From positions 1-39,545 of the forward strand of contig JBFLZG010000092.1 of assembly GCA_040756235.1 (NCBI GenBank): a DNA stretch of 39,545 nt, read 5' to 3'. The stretch is from a bacterium. GTDB lineage: Bacteria; Desulfobacterota; DSWW01. The notes under the pieces were generated by a model that worked only from the letters and a program-made list of their open reading frames with translations, did not search any database and was not told the origin of the DNA. Positions 30,370 to 39,351 of this stretch are shown here, in pieces. The first letter of the stretch is position 1. Each line of letters opens with the position of its first letter. Both the position numbers and the translations under genes were made by a program.

Positions 30370-30549
30370 ACCTCCACTTGACCCAGCTGCTTGCGAGGCT
30401 GGCTTTCCTGCTCTAAGCCACGAGCAAATCCCCAACACTGCCGAATGCCGCAGTATGGTGTCGGAGTCGCCTTCACAGGGCCTCGCGGTCTCCGATTCCG
30501 ATCCGCTCGCAACGGGCTCCGCAGCCGGACGTTTTCGGACAGCCCCTGG

Positions 30550-31617
30550 CTAGACCTGCGACGGAGCCTCGGGCCCCACGATCGCGCGCACGCGGCGCCG
30601 GTACATGCGCACGACCGTCAGAAAGAAGGTGAGGATCAGGGGCCCGGCGATGAGGCCCTCGAGGCCGAAGAGCGCGAGTCCGCCCAGCAGGCTGAACAGG
30701 ATGACGCCCCCGTGAACGCCCATCGAGCCTTTCACGACGAGGGGCTTCACGATGTTGTCGGATATTCCGACCACCCCTGCCCAGAAGATGAGGAACAGGG
30801 CCGCCCACGGGTGCCCGGTCAGGAGCATGAAAAGGGACACCGCCGCCACGACGCCGCCTCCGCCGATCGCCGGAATGAATGACATGAAAAAGGTGATGAG
30901 CGCGAAGAAGAACGGCTTCGGAACCGCGGCGATCAGATAGCCTGCGAGCGCAGTCCCGGCCTGGACCCCGGCGGTGACCAGTGTGGAGATGAGGACGGCC
31001 ACGGAGGTGCGGCGGAACTCGGAGAGCAGCTCGAACGTCTGGCTCCTCTCCAGCGGGAGCAGGTCGGCGGTCCACTGGACGAGCTTCTCTCCGTCGACCA
31101 GAAGGAAGAAGAACGCGACCAGCATCAGCGCAACCTGAATGATGGTCTTCACCGTGCCTGAGAGGATGTTTCCTGCGACCTCGGCGGCCTTGGGGGTGCC
31201 GGCCCCGGCCATCTTCTGGAGGTCCTTGGGTTTGCCGGGTATCTCATCGGCCACGTCTTCCGCGGGCGACCGGATGGGCTCAGGCAGCTCGCGGGCAATG
31301 CCCTTGATCCCCCCTCTTTTCCATGTCTCCTGGAGATAATCCAACCCCCCCACGACCTCCCTGCCCGCGAGAAAGACGAGCAGCGCAGAGGGCAGCACGA
31401 GGGCGACGGTCACGGCCACCGTGCAGAAGGCTGCAGCGGTCCGGCTGCGGCCACCCAGGCGCAGCGTGAGCCAACGCCAAAGCGGGTGGAAGGCACCCGC
31501 CAGCACCGTGCCCAGGAAGAGCGCGCTGGCGAATGGCGCCATGACGAGCAGCAGGAGCCCTGTGGCGAGGACCACCAGGACGATGAAGAAAACAAGGGCC
31601 GTTCTCTCCTCTTTCAT
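30550..31617 (-). CDS. AI-2E family (PerM/UPF0118) transporter
   Basis: PFASALFLG, FFFLLVDG, SFIPAIGG, DNIVKP, FSLLGGLALFGLEGLIAGP; multi-TM. Confidence 0.9.
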   Translation of the reverse strand: MKEERTALVFFIVLVVLATGLLLLVMAPFASALFLGTVLAGAFHPLWRWLTLRLGGRSRTAAAFCTVAVTVALVLPSALLVFLAGREVVGGLDYLQETWKRGGIKGIARELPEPIRSPAEDVADEIPGKPKDLQKMAGAGTPKAAEVAGNILSGTVKTIIQVALMLVAFFFLLVDGEKLVQWTADLLPLERSQTFELLSEFRRTSVAVLISTLVTAGVQAGTALAGYLIAAVPKPFFFALITFFMSFIPAIGGGGVVAAVSLFMLLTGHPWAALFLIFWAGVVGISDNIVKPLVVKGSMGVHGGVILFSLLGGLALFGLEGLIAGPLILTFFLTVVRMYRRRVRAIVGPEAPSQV

Positions 31618-31773
31618 CTCTTGCCTTGTGCGCCCCGTGGCGCTCGGAGTCGTTCAACGTCAGCTTTGGACCTGGATCCTGATGGTTTGAAGACCTCGGA
31701 TGGCTCCGAGATTCGGAGTCTGCGGGCAGGAGTGGCCTGATGGATGCGAAGCAGGAGCACAGAGCTGGCTCTT

Positions 31774-31798
31774 GTAGGGGCGACGCATGCTGGCGCCC
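31774..31798 (+). repeat. GTAG-type REP-like palindrome (single, degenerate)
   Basis: GTAG followed by GGGCGAC-GCATGC-TGGCGCCC imperfect hairpin. Confidence 0.5.
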
Positions 31799-32018
31799 TT
31801 GAGCCGATGCGCACTCGGCAGGGCGGACAAAGCCGAAGGCGTGATCACCAACGAAAGCGGCGAATCGCGAGCGTGTTCAATTCACCGATAACACCCTGCT
31901 GGCAGTCCCTTGGCTCCCGGAACCGTCCGTAAACGCCGAGGTTGCGGAGCTGTCGCTGCCTGCAGGAAATCGAGGAACCACGGTCTGCCCGGAAGCGGGC
32001 CGGCGTCGAAGGCCGGGG

Positions 32019-32047
32019 AATATAGGGCCGGCGCCGAAGGCCGTCAA
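32019..32047 (-). promoter_or_regulatory. Putative sigma-70 promoter facing the AI-2E gene
   Basis: Minus strand TTGACG-17 nt-TATATT. Confidence 0.55.
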
Positions 32048-32225
32048 GGAATTGCGGGGACCCGCCGGGCGCGGGCCGTCCCGGAGATCGTGCAATCACC
32101 CGGTACCCTCGGTTCGAACGCACACATCGAAGCTATAAGAAGTCGGAAAATGCAGGTCAGGCCGGCCTGCTCACGCAAGGTTCAACGCAGACGAACCCGG
32201 AACACGGGTTTCGAAGGGGGATGAG

Positions 32226-32492
32226 ATGCGAGCCAACGGCTATGTGGTAAAGCCTGGCGAATATGTCTCGGAACAGATGGACAGGGCGGGAGATATTCTG
32301 AGGAAGGCTTTCTCCAAGGAGATGATCGCGCCCGCTGCCCTGGTTCTCTCGACCATCCTGCTCTGGGGCTACCTTTCTGTGGCGCTCTATTACGGGCTCG
32401 GCGACTATCGCGTCGTGGCGGGCGCCCCGTTTCACGTCACCCAGATAACAAGCATGGCTACGGTCCTCGGAGGCCCCATCCTCGGAATATGA
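32226..32492 (+). CDS. Small hypothetical membrane protein (88 aa)
   Basis: AAGGGGG RBS, one clear hydrophobic segment, no overlap with other genes. Confidence 0.55.
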   Translation: MRANGYVVKPGEYVSEQMDRAGDILRKAFSKEMIAPAALVLSTILLWGYLSVALYYGLGDYRVVAGAPFHVTQITSMATVLGGPILGI

Positions 32493-32857
32493 GGTGGCTT
32501 CAGCCCTGACCCCCGCACAGCGCACAGCGCCTGTCCGTTATCCAGCTGCAGCGTGGCGGCGGGTTCCGAGTGCCGAACCTTGCGAGGCCCGACAGGTGCG
32601 TGGCAATCTCCATGCTACCGGGGGATCGCCACGTTCGCGATTCTCTGACCGACTCAGCCCCCGTGTGCTCACTCACCCCTCGCTCGCGAGCTTCGCGGGA
32701 TGGAGGGTTCGCCGCGCTCGCGCCCGAGATCCCCGGCTGTTTTCCTCCGGCCGGTTGATATACGATGGGCAGTGCCGCAAGCGGCTCCCCGCGGATGGCG
32801 GAAGCGCGCCGCGCGGCACATCGATGCGCAAGCGATGACTCGGAGGGCACGGTCCGG

Positions 32858-33694
32858 ATGAGCATTCGACGCCGGGACTTCATCCTGGGCTCCGCAGCGG
32901 GAGCCGCCTCCGTTGCGACCTCAGCCCTGAGCTCGGTTTCCTGCCAGAGGCCCGCCACCGCAGAAAAGCCGTACCGGCACATCGACCCGGCGCGGTGCCT
33001 CGGCTGCGGCGAATGCGTGTCCCTTTGCCCCATGTCCGCCATCCTCTCGGAGGGCGGAGAGACCTGGATCGAGCCGGCCGAGTGCGCCGAGTGCGGCACG
33101 TGCTCGCGCTCGCGGGTCTGCCCGGCGGATGCGATCCGCCCGGGCGTCCTCGAGTGGCCCCGGACGCTCCGGGAGGCGTTCAGCAACCCGCTGGTTGCGC
33201 ACCGGAGGACCGGAGTGCCGGGCAGAGGCACCGAGGGCATCAAGACCAACGACGTCACCGAACGCTACGGTCCCGGTTACATGGGAGTCTTCGTCGAGCT
33301 GGGCCGCCCTGCCCTGGGGACGCGCTTCGTCGACGTCGAGCGGGTGGTGAAGAAGTTTCGGGCCCGCGGCTATCCGGTCCTGTCCGACAACCCCGTGGCC
33401 GAGCTGATCGCCGACCCCGCCACGGGCGCCCTCGAGCCCGAGATCCTTGATGAGAAGGCCATATCGGTGCTCGCGGAATTCCTCCTGCCGCAGAGCGCCG
33501 TCTCGGAGCTCGAGAGCATGCTGGACCAGCTCGCGGGGGAGGTGGAGACCGTCTTCAGCGTGAGCGTCGCGCTGCGCGCCGCCCCCGACGGATCGTCCCC
33601 GTTCCGTGAGCTCTTCGGCCCGGGCGCGTTCAGCCTGCCCAACGGCAAGGTCAACGTCGGGCTCGCGCAGGGGATCGCCGCAAAGGAGGGCTAG
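32858..33694 (+). CDS. 4Fe-4S dicluster protein with twin-arginine signal peptide and uncharacterised C-terminal domain
   Basis: IRRRDFIL Tat motif, possible lipobox SVSC, CLGCGECVSLCP and CAECGTC..VCP, then GRGTEGIKTNDVT, ELGRP; ATG after GGAGGG. Confidence 0.85.
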   Translation: MSIRRRDFILGSAAGAASVATSALSSVSCQRPATAEKPYRHIDPARCLGCGECVSLCPMSAILSEGGETWIEPAECAECGTCSRSRVCPADAIRPGVLEWPRTLREAFSNPLVAHRRTGVPGRGTEGIKTNDVTERYGPGYMGVFVELGRPALGTRFVDVERVVKKFRARGYPVLSDNPVAELIADPATGALEPEILDEKAISVLAEFLLPQSAVSELESMLDQLAGEVETVFSVSVALRAAPDGSSPFRELFGPGAFSLPNGKVNVGLAQGIAAKEG

Positions 33695-33698
33695 CAAG

Positions 33699-34694
33699 GT
33701 GTCGCACACGTCTCAGCGCCGGGGGCTGGACCCCGCCCGCCCCGGCGAGGAGATCATCGTCCTCGCCATGCTTCCGCGAGCGCTCCGGGAAAAGGAAGGC
33801 GCCCTGGAGGCGATGAAGCAGCTGGCCCGGAAGATCCTCGAGCACGAGCCCCATTCCTGGATATCGCACAACTTCCTCGACCAAGACATCCCGCAGCTCG
33901 GCTCCAAGGCCTCTCTGCTGCGCCTGCTGCGCCGCCTGGCGCCCGAGGCCGCGCGGGATCTGCTGTTCGCGGGCGTCGCCGAAAAATCGAGCGTCATCAC
34001 CGCCCTCTACACGAGCGAGAAGAACGCCTGCGCACTGCTGAACGATCTGGAGGGTTCCTGGCTCGAGAACAACCGGCGTGAAGGGTACCCCGTCTCGATC
34101 GTCCTGAGCGGTCTGTTCGAGGACATCGAGCGGTGCTGCGGCCGGACGGGTATCCGGCAGCACACCTACCTCCACAGCCTGGGCTTCCGCGGGCAAGTGA
34201 GCCGTGTGCCCGCCGGGGGCGTCCTGGAGCTCGCCACCATGTGCGGTCACGGCCTGATCTCCTGCAGCCGGGTCCAGGCGCTCACCGATCGAGTGAGGCG
34301 CGGCGAGATGACCGCTGCCCTGGCTGCGGCCGACGTGGCGAAGCCCTGCGTCTGCGGGATCGTGAACCGCGAGCGCGCGGAGAGGGTCTTCCGAAGACTT
34401 GCCGAGCCTGCTGCCGGAAGGCTCCTCCCGGGAAGCTCCGCTCAAAGCGAAGCTCCGTCATACTCCCGGCGTGTTCGAAGAGTGCGGGAGACGGAGCATG
34501 CGGGGAAAGGGGCAGGGGGGATTTCGAAGAGAGCGAGGATGCCCCGCGCTGGCCGGGGCCAGTCGCGAACGAGCGGGGACGTCAGTCCACGCTCCGGCCG
34601 CTCGACTGAAGAAAGAATCGATGCGGAGAGAGGCCGGATCCGTCCCTTCGGAGCCAGAAATCCCGCATGGAGCTCAGGTCAGTTCAAGAGATAG
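33699..34694 (+). CDS. Uncharacterised Cys/His-motif partner protein of the upstream ferredoxin-domain protein
   Basis: GTG after AAGGAGG, 4 nt after upstream stop; IVLSGLF..CC, HSLG, TMCGHGLIS, CVCGIVN; last ~95 codons look like read-through sequence. Confidence 0.75.
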   Translation: MSHTSQRRGLDPARPGEEIIVLAMLPRALREKEGALEAMKQLARKILEHEPHSWISHNFLDQDIPQLGSKASLLRLLRRLAPEAARDLLFAGVAEKSSVITALYTSEKNACALLNDLEGSWLENNRREGYPVSIVLSGLFEDIERCCGRTGIRQHTYLHSLGFRGQVSRVPAGGVLELATMCGHGLISCSRVQALTDRVRRGEMTAALAAADVAKPCVCGIVNRERAERVFRRLAEPAAGRLLPGSSAQSEAPSYSRRVRRVRETEHAGKGAGGISKRARMPRAGRGQSRTSGDVSPRSGRSTEERIDAERGRIRPFGARNPAWSSGQFKR

Positions 34695-36226
34695 CTCAGG
34701 ATGAACGAGATCTGATCCCGGTCGCGGTAGGCGCCGAAGCTCGTCATGTTGCCGCTGACAGCGCTGTACTGGATCATGACCCGCAGGGGCTCGAAGACAT
34801 AGTTGACCGAAGGCTGGATCAGCCACACCCCGCGGAGGTCGTAGGCCACGGCGAGCTGAGGAATGAGCTCGCCTTTCAGGTAATCGGTGTTGACCAGGGC
34901 CGTGACGATCCCCTCGGTCTCCTTGGCGGCCGTGAAATCGGTGGTGTTCGGGTAGAGGGCCAGAGGCTGGCGCATGCGCTCGTCGTAGTCCTGCACCCAG
35001 CTGCCGAAGTACTGAAGGGAGATGAGGAAGGTCTTGGCAGGGTTCAAGGCCGGAATCGACAGGGTCTTGTCCAACCCGATCATGTATCTCAGGATATCTT
35101 TCTCCGGGATCTCGCCCTCCATCGGCAGACCGGGCACTCCGGGGATGGAAATCGGGAGGGGAACCAGCGGAGTGTTGATGTCCGGAATGAACACCGGCTC
35201 CTCCCAGAACCAGGCCACCTCGGTCCGCACGATGATATCCGTGTGCGCCTCCCAGAAGCTCAGCGAAGCGCCGGTGACCTGGACTTCCGGGAAGCTGATC
35301 TCCATCGCTGCGTCGAGCGGGCTTTCCCCGACCGCCAACCGCAGGGAAGGTATGTCCAAAAAGCTCCTGTAATGGGCCAGGCTGAAGTTGAAATTGTCCG
35401 CCAGCATGCCCATCAGCCTGACCCCCCACCGGCTGTTCGAAAGATCCTTTTCCGGTGTGAGCACGCGCGTCGCCAGCGGCGAAGGCGGTTGAGGAGCTGC
35501 ATACGCGGTGCCCACAGGCGAGAGGGGAGCCACGCGGGCATCCCAGGAACCCGGCACCCAGAAGCCTTCCAGCGTGAGAGTCGAGACCGGGCCGACCCTG
35601 CCGAAATTGTAGCTGCCCCGCAACATCCACAGAGGGATGCGCCGGTCGTCGAGGTCCTCGAAGGGACCGCCGAAGGTATTGTCCAGGGGGTTGATGCCAT
35701 CCAGGAGCCGGAAGATGTCCGTCTCGCCCCAGGCCAGGTTCTGCCTGCCCAGCCGGATGAACAGCGGTCCGCGGGACAGATCCAAGTAGAGCTCCCACAG
35801 GTCATAGGCCTGCTTGAAGCGGTCGATGTTCTCCGGGTCGCGCTCGGCAACGTCTTGCAGGGCCTCCGGGCCGACGTCGTAGACCGCCTCGTACAGGAAG
35901 CGGCCCACCAGGTGATACTTGGCCCTGACTTTCAGCACTCTGAACGGGTAAAGGATAGCGAGCTCCCGTGTGAGAGCCTCCAGGTCGTGGTTGACCTCCA
36001 GGATCCCGAGATTCCGCCACTGCACGAGGTCGCCCGCGTGCACATCGATGGGTTGGGTGAATCCGCTCGAATCCTGAAGTCGGATGGAGACCCGGCTCTG
36101 CGCCTTGCCGGTGACTTCCAGGGTCTTCGCTTTCGGGTCCACGTAGAAAGCCCGCGTGGCCTGTACGGACAGGAAAAGCAGAGCCACGGCGGCAACGCCT
36201 GGAAGGATCCCTCTTCTCCGGCTCAT
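34679..36226 (-). CDS. DUF1302-family outer-membrane beta-barrel protein
   Basis: Signal peptide, LWELYLD, RLGRQNLAWGETD, LDGINPLD, RIPLWM, C-terminal RDRDQISFILSY; adjacent to DUF1329. Confidence 0.8.
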   Translation of the reverse strand: MSRRRGILPGVAAVALLFLSVQATRAFYVDPKAKTLEVTGKAQSRVSIRLQDSSGFTQPIDVHAGDLVQWRNLGILEVNHDLEALTRELAILYPFRVLKVRAKYHLVGRFLYEAVYDVGPEALQDVAERDPENIDRFKQAYDLWELYLDLSRGPLFIRLGRQNLAWGETDIFRLLDGINPLDNTFGGPFEDLDDRRIPLWMLRGSYNFGRVGPVSTLTLEGFWVPGSWDARVAPLSPVGTAYAAPQPPSPLATRVLTPEKDLSNSRWGVRLMGMLADNFNFSLAHYRSFLDIPSLRLAVGESPLDAAMEISFPEVQVTGASLSFWEAHTDIIVRTEVAWFWEEPVFIPDINTPLVPLPISIPGVPGLPMEGEIPEKDILRYMIGLDKTLSIPALNPAKTFLISLQYFGSWVQDYDERMRQPLALYPNTTDFTAAKETEGIVTALVNTDYLKGELIPQLAVAYDLRGVWLIQPSVNYVFEPLRVMIQYSAVSGNMTSFGAYRDRDQISFILSYLLN

Positions 36227-36288
36227 GGATTTCCCCCCTTGGTCCTCATTATGAAAAAGAGGAGGCTGCCCTCTCGCGGGGACCGACT

Positions 36289-37590
36289 CTACTTGCAGAA
36301 TTTCTGAAACCCTGCAAGGGAGAAGTCGTCCTCGGCCAGCTCCACGGAATAGAGCCAGATGTCCGTCGGGGTGGGACCCTTGATGGCCGTCGCGTGGTCC
36401 GCACGCTCGTCGATCGCGATCTGATCCCCTGCATAGGTCAGGTGGAATTTCTGGTCTCCGCTCTCGAAGCACGCATGCTGCAGCATGACGGTCTTCCAAT
36501 GTTTGCCGGACTTGTCGTAGATCGTCTTGAACACGGCGACGTAAGTGCCCGTGTGCAGCCAGAGGTGCTGGATGCCGTAGGTGTAATACGGATCTTTGGC
36601 CTTCATCTCGAGCACATAAACAGGCTGCTTCACCCAGATCCAGTTTACGGGTGCCCAGGGGGCACCCTGCCACCCTTCCCTCTGGTAGCCGCAGACCATC
36701 TCCTTTACGTTCTCCGATGATCTCCATCCCCCGGTCTCGTTCTCGACGATGGGCAGCGGGTCCGCAGCGGGAAAGGGCAGGAGCGCCTCCTGCGCTCTCA
36801 GGAACTTCCACTCCATGGCGCCCACTTTTCCGTCGTAGACGCCGGCGTCATCGATGGCGAAATCGGATCCGAACAAGGAGTCGGAACGGTTCCCCGGGCT
36901 CATGCGCCGCACCCTCCGGATCGCCGGGACATAGGCAAAAGTGTTGTCCTGCTTCCGGGGGTCGAAGTAGCGCCAGGTCATCACCGCGGTGCCGGCGATG
37001 TCGTAAGGGCTCGTGGCGAGGAAGATCTGATACTTCTCGACGCGATCCGGGTTGGATCTCGTCATGGACTGCGGGTTTCCGTCCATCACCCGGTTCAGCA
37101 TCGTCCCCTTGGTCGATCGATCGTACCCGGAACGTTTCAGATAGTCCGTGGAGAAGACGGCGCGCACGTTCCCCGCGACATATTGCATGTAGGTCTTGTT
37201 GCAGACGATCTTCTCGGCGGCCCTCGGGTCGTCCAGAGCGACTTCGGGAAAGGGAAGGCCGATGATGTGCTCCGCCGGCTGGCCGGACCCCGTCTCCACG
37301 ATCCATCCGTCCTGGTCGAGCGCGTACTTGCCGGTATTCGTGCTGCGGGCTTCGAGCGCAAAAGGAGGCTGGCAGTCGCCGGGCTTGAAGTGCAGTTCGC
37401 CGACCGGAAGCACGAACTCGCCCTGCTTGACCCATGCGAGCAGCTCTTCGGGAACGAGCCCCTGCGCCTTCTCCCAGCTCGTCTTGTCGATTACGTCGCC
37501 CGGGGCGACGTCAGCCGATCCATGGCAGGGCCTGAACAGGGCGAGGCACTGCGCAAAGAGGGCAATCATCAGGAGCCCGGCTCTCCCCAT
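36289..37590 (-). CDS. DUF1329-family periplasmic protein
   Basis: Signal peptide, PGDVID, GLPFP, PYDIAGT, YVPAIRRVRR, YDKSGKHWK. Confidence 0.82.
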   Translation of the reverse strand: MGRAGLLMIALFAQCLALFRPCHGSADVAPGDVIDKTSWEKAQGLVPEELLAWVKQGEFVLPVGELHFKPGDCQPPFALEARSTNTGKYALDQDGWIVETGSGQPAEHIIGLPFPEVALDDPRAAEKIVCNKTYMQYVAGNVRAVFSTDYLKRSGYDRSTKGTMLNRVMDGNPQSMTRSNPDRVEKYQIFLATSPYDIAGTAVMTWRYFDPRKQDNTFAYVPAIRRVRRMSPGNRSDSLFGSDFAIDDAGVYDGKVGAMEWKFLRAQEALLPFPAADPLPIVENETGGWRSSENVKEMVCGYQREGWQGAPWAPVNWIWVKQPVYVLEMKAKDPYYTYGIQHLWLHTGTYVAVFKTIYDKSGKHWKTVMLQHACFESGDQKFHLTYAGDQIAIDERADHATAIKGPTPTDIWLYSVELAEDDFSLAGFQKFCK

Positions 37591-37747
37591 GTCGTGTCCT
37601 CCTGTCCTCCGTTCTGGGGTTCGACCTATCGAAGCCCCGCCTGCATGAATGCAGGGGCCGTCCCGACAAGCTCGATCTCAGAAGCCGGACAAGATGCACG
37701 GAAGCGACGGCACGGTTCTCAAGGCCCGTGGAAAACGTCCAGAATTT

Positions 37748-37878
37748 GCAGGCCGTTCAAAAAAGGTCCAGATGCAAGGCGCGCGAAGTTTGAGGAACGA
37801 GGCGTACTCTTGCCGTCCGCCGCAGTGACGATAAACGAGCGCAACGCAGCAGATGGGCCTTTTTCAGCGGCCTGCTAG
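37748..37878. mobile_element. MITE family A copy 4 (divergent)
   Basis: GCAGGCCGTTCAAAAAAGGTCCAGATGC...GCAGATGGGCCTTTTTCAGCGGCCTGC then TAG; the CTAG supplies the stop of the adjacent minus-strand gene. Confidence 0.85.
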
Positions 37879-38996
37879 CGCAGCGCCACCATCTCATGGA
37901 GCGTCTCTCCGGTCCGCTCATAGGGAGTGCCGTCGACGCGAGCTTTCAGCGTGAAAGCCGAATGAAAGCGGAACCACCCGGGCCGGCCCACGAAGGTGTG
38001 GACGGCCCACTGCAGCGCCGGGTTCCTGCCCTGGAGGAAGTCGTGAGCGTCGATCACGTCCCGGACCTCCAGCGTGAGGGAGAGCTTTTCCGGCACCGCG
38101 ATCTCGAGGCGGTTCGGGTACTCCCGGTTGGCCACCGGGTGAAAGGTCGGCCCGCTCTCCTCGAGGACCATTTCGCCGGTGCTGTAGACGATCCGGTCTT
38201 TGTAAGCGAGCATCAGGGGTTTGGATGCAGCTCCGCCGAAGCGCCGGTTCGTCTTCACATAGGCGTAGAGGAGCGTGAAGTCGTCCGTGTAGAGGCGGCC
38301 CCAGTACCAGTGGGAAACGACTTTCTTCAGGTCGGCCGTTTCCCAGTTGTGATCGTGGTAGCCGATGCCTCGGGCGGACAGGACCTCCTGCCCGATCCGG
38401 ATCGTTCCCTCCACTCGCGCCCTCGGCACTGCAACCACCCACGCAAAAAAGCCTTGGTCGCCGTAGAAGGTCTTTCCTCCGCCCGGCTTCCAGCCCGGGA
38501 GCTCGCTGTGAAAGGTCAGATCCGCCTCGAGCCCGCCCTCGCTCAGATATAGATGATATACGGGAAGCCCCCCGCCGCCTTCCGGGTACGCGGCTTCGGC
38601 GTGGTTCTTCCCCACCCATACGTCGCACTTCTCCTCGGAGGCCCGCAGGTCGGACTCGGCATAGGACCGGGTCACCTCCACCTTTTCCCCGGAGGGCCGG
38701 TAAATGTGCAGCTCCATCGCCGGTTCGTGCGTCATCATCTCCGAGGCCCACAGAAACCCCACGACCACGTAACCGTTGTCGAGGCGGGCGTCGAAGTACC
38801 AGTGCTCCACGTACCCCTTGTCGTCCGTCGGGTGCACGGCGTCTTCCCGGGGCTCGATCGGAACGATCTTCTCGTCGCGGTCTCCGGGGCCGGTCCAGGT
38901 TTCCGCGATCTTGTCGGGCCCGCCGCAATCGCTTCCGCCGGCCGCAAGGAGGAGAAGCAGCAGAGCGAGAAAGATGCCCCCTTCGCGTCTTCTCAT
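37875..38996 (-). CDS. CrtC/AttH-like (lipocalin-like, hydratase/cyclase fold) exported protein, probable lipoprotein
   Basis: EHWYFDA, GIGYHDHNW, WYWGR motifs; basic-hydrophobic signal followed by GSDC; ATG 38996 after GGAGAGGA. Confidence 0.75.
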   Translation of the reverse strand: MRRREGGIFLALLLLLLAAGGSDCGGPDKIAETWTGPGDRDEKIVPIEPREDAVHPTDDKGYVEHWYFDARLDNGYVVVGFLWASEMMTHEPAMELHIYRPSGEKVEVTRSYAESDLRASEEKCDVWVGKNHAEAAYPEGGGGLPVYHLYLSEGGLEADLTFHSELPGWKPGGGKTFYGDQGFFAWVVAVPRARVEGTIRIGQEVLSARGIGYHDHNWETADLKKVVSHWYWGRLYTDDFTLLYAYVKTNRRFGGAASKPLMLAYKDRIVYSTGEMVLEESGPTFHPVANREYPNRLEIAVPEKLSLTLEVRDVIDAHDFLQGRNPALQWAVHTFVGRPGWFRFHSAFTLKARVDGTPYERTGETLHEMVALR

Positions 38997-39096
38997 GACG
39001 ATTCCTCTCCCTTCTTGGGGCTTGTCGCCAAACGACCATCTGCCGCGTTCGGCTCGCCGGACTCGGATGCGGCTGGGGAGCCTCCCCCGGCTCTCC

Positions 39097-39351
39097 GTCA
39101 TTCCGGCGCAGGAGGCTGTGTCACAAATCCGGTCAGACCCTCGTGCGACCACTCATTCCGGAGGACTCGGAGGCGCGGCCGCATGATTTCCGTCATTCCG
39201 GCGAAGGCCGGAATCCAGCCCCTGCGCCCAGTTACCGCAGCGGGTCTTGGTGCACCCTTCTGGATCCCGGCTCACACGCGCTTCGCAGCTGGGCCGGGAT
39301 GACAAAGTATGCCACGCAGCAGAAGGGGGCAGCTGTGAACAGCCTCCGGCC
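39097..39351. repeat. Nested palindromic repeats (GTCATTCCGGCG-type REP/RPE plus MITE-like shell)
   Basis: GTCATTCCGGCGCA (39097-39110) interrupted by GGAGGCTGTGTCAC...GTGAACAGCCTCC (39111-39347), which contains GTCATTCCGGCGAAGGCCGGAATCCAG...CTGGATCCCGGC...GCCGGGATGAC (39192-39303). Confidence 0.75.

Noticed and set aside
30531..30553. Sixth MITE A copy at the AI-2E stop (TTTTCGGACAGCCCCTGGCTAG)
   Set aside because: Resembles one terminus only; no internal sequence or partner end found
30292..32800. Genomic island integrated at tRNA-Pro
   Set aside because: No integrase and no duplicated tRNA 3' end seen in the window
36227..36811. N-terminal 195-aa extension of the DUF1302 ORF
   Set aside because: Overlaps the DUF1329 gene in another frame; the signal peptide and RBS point to ATG 36226
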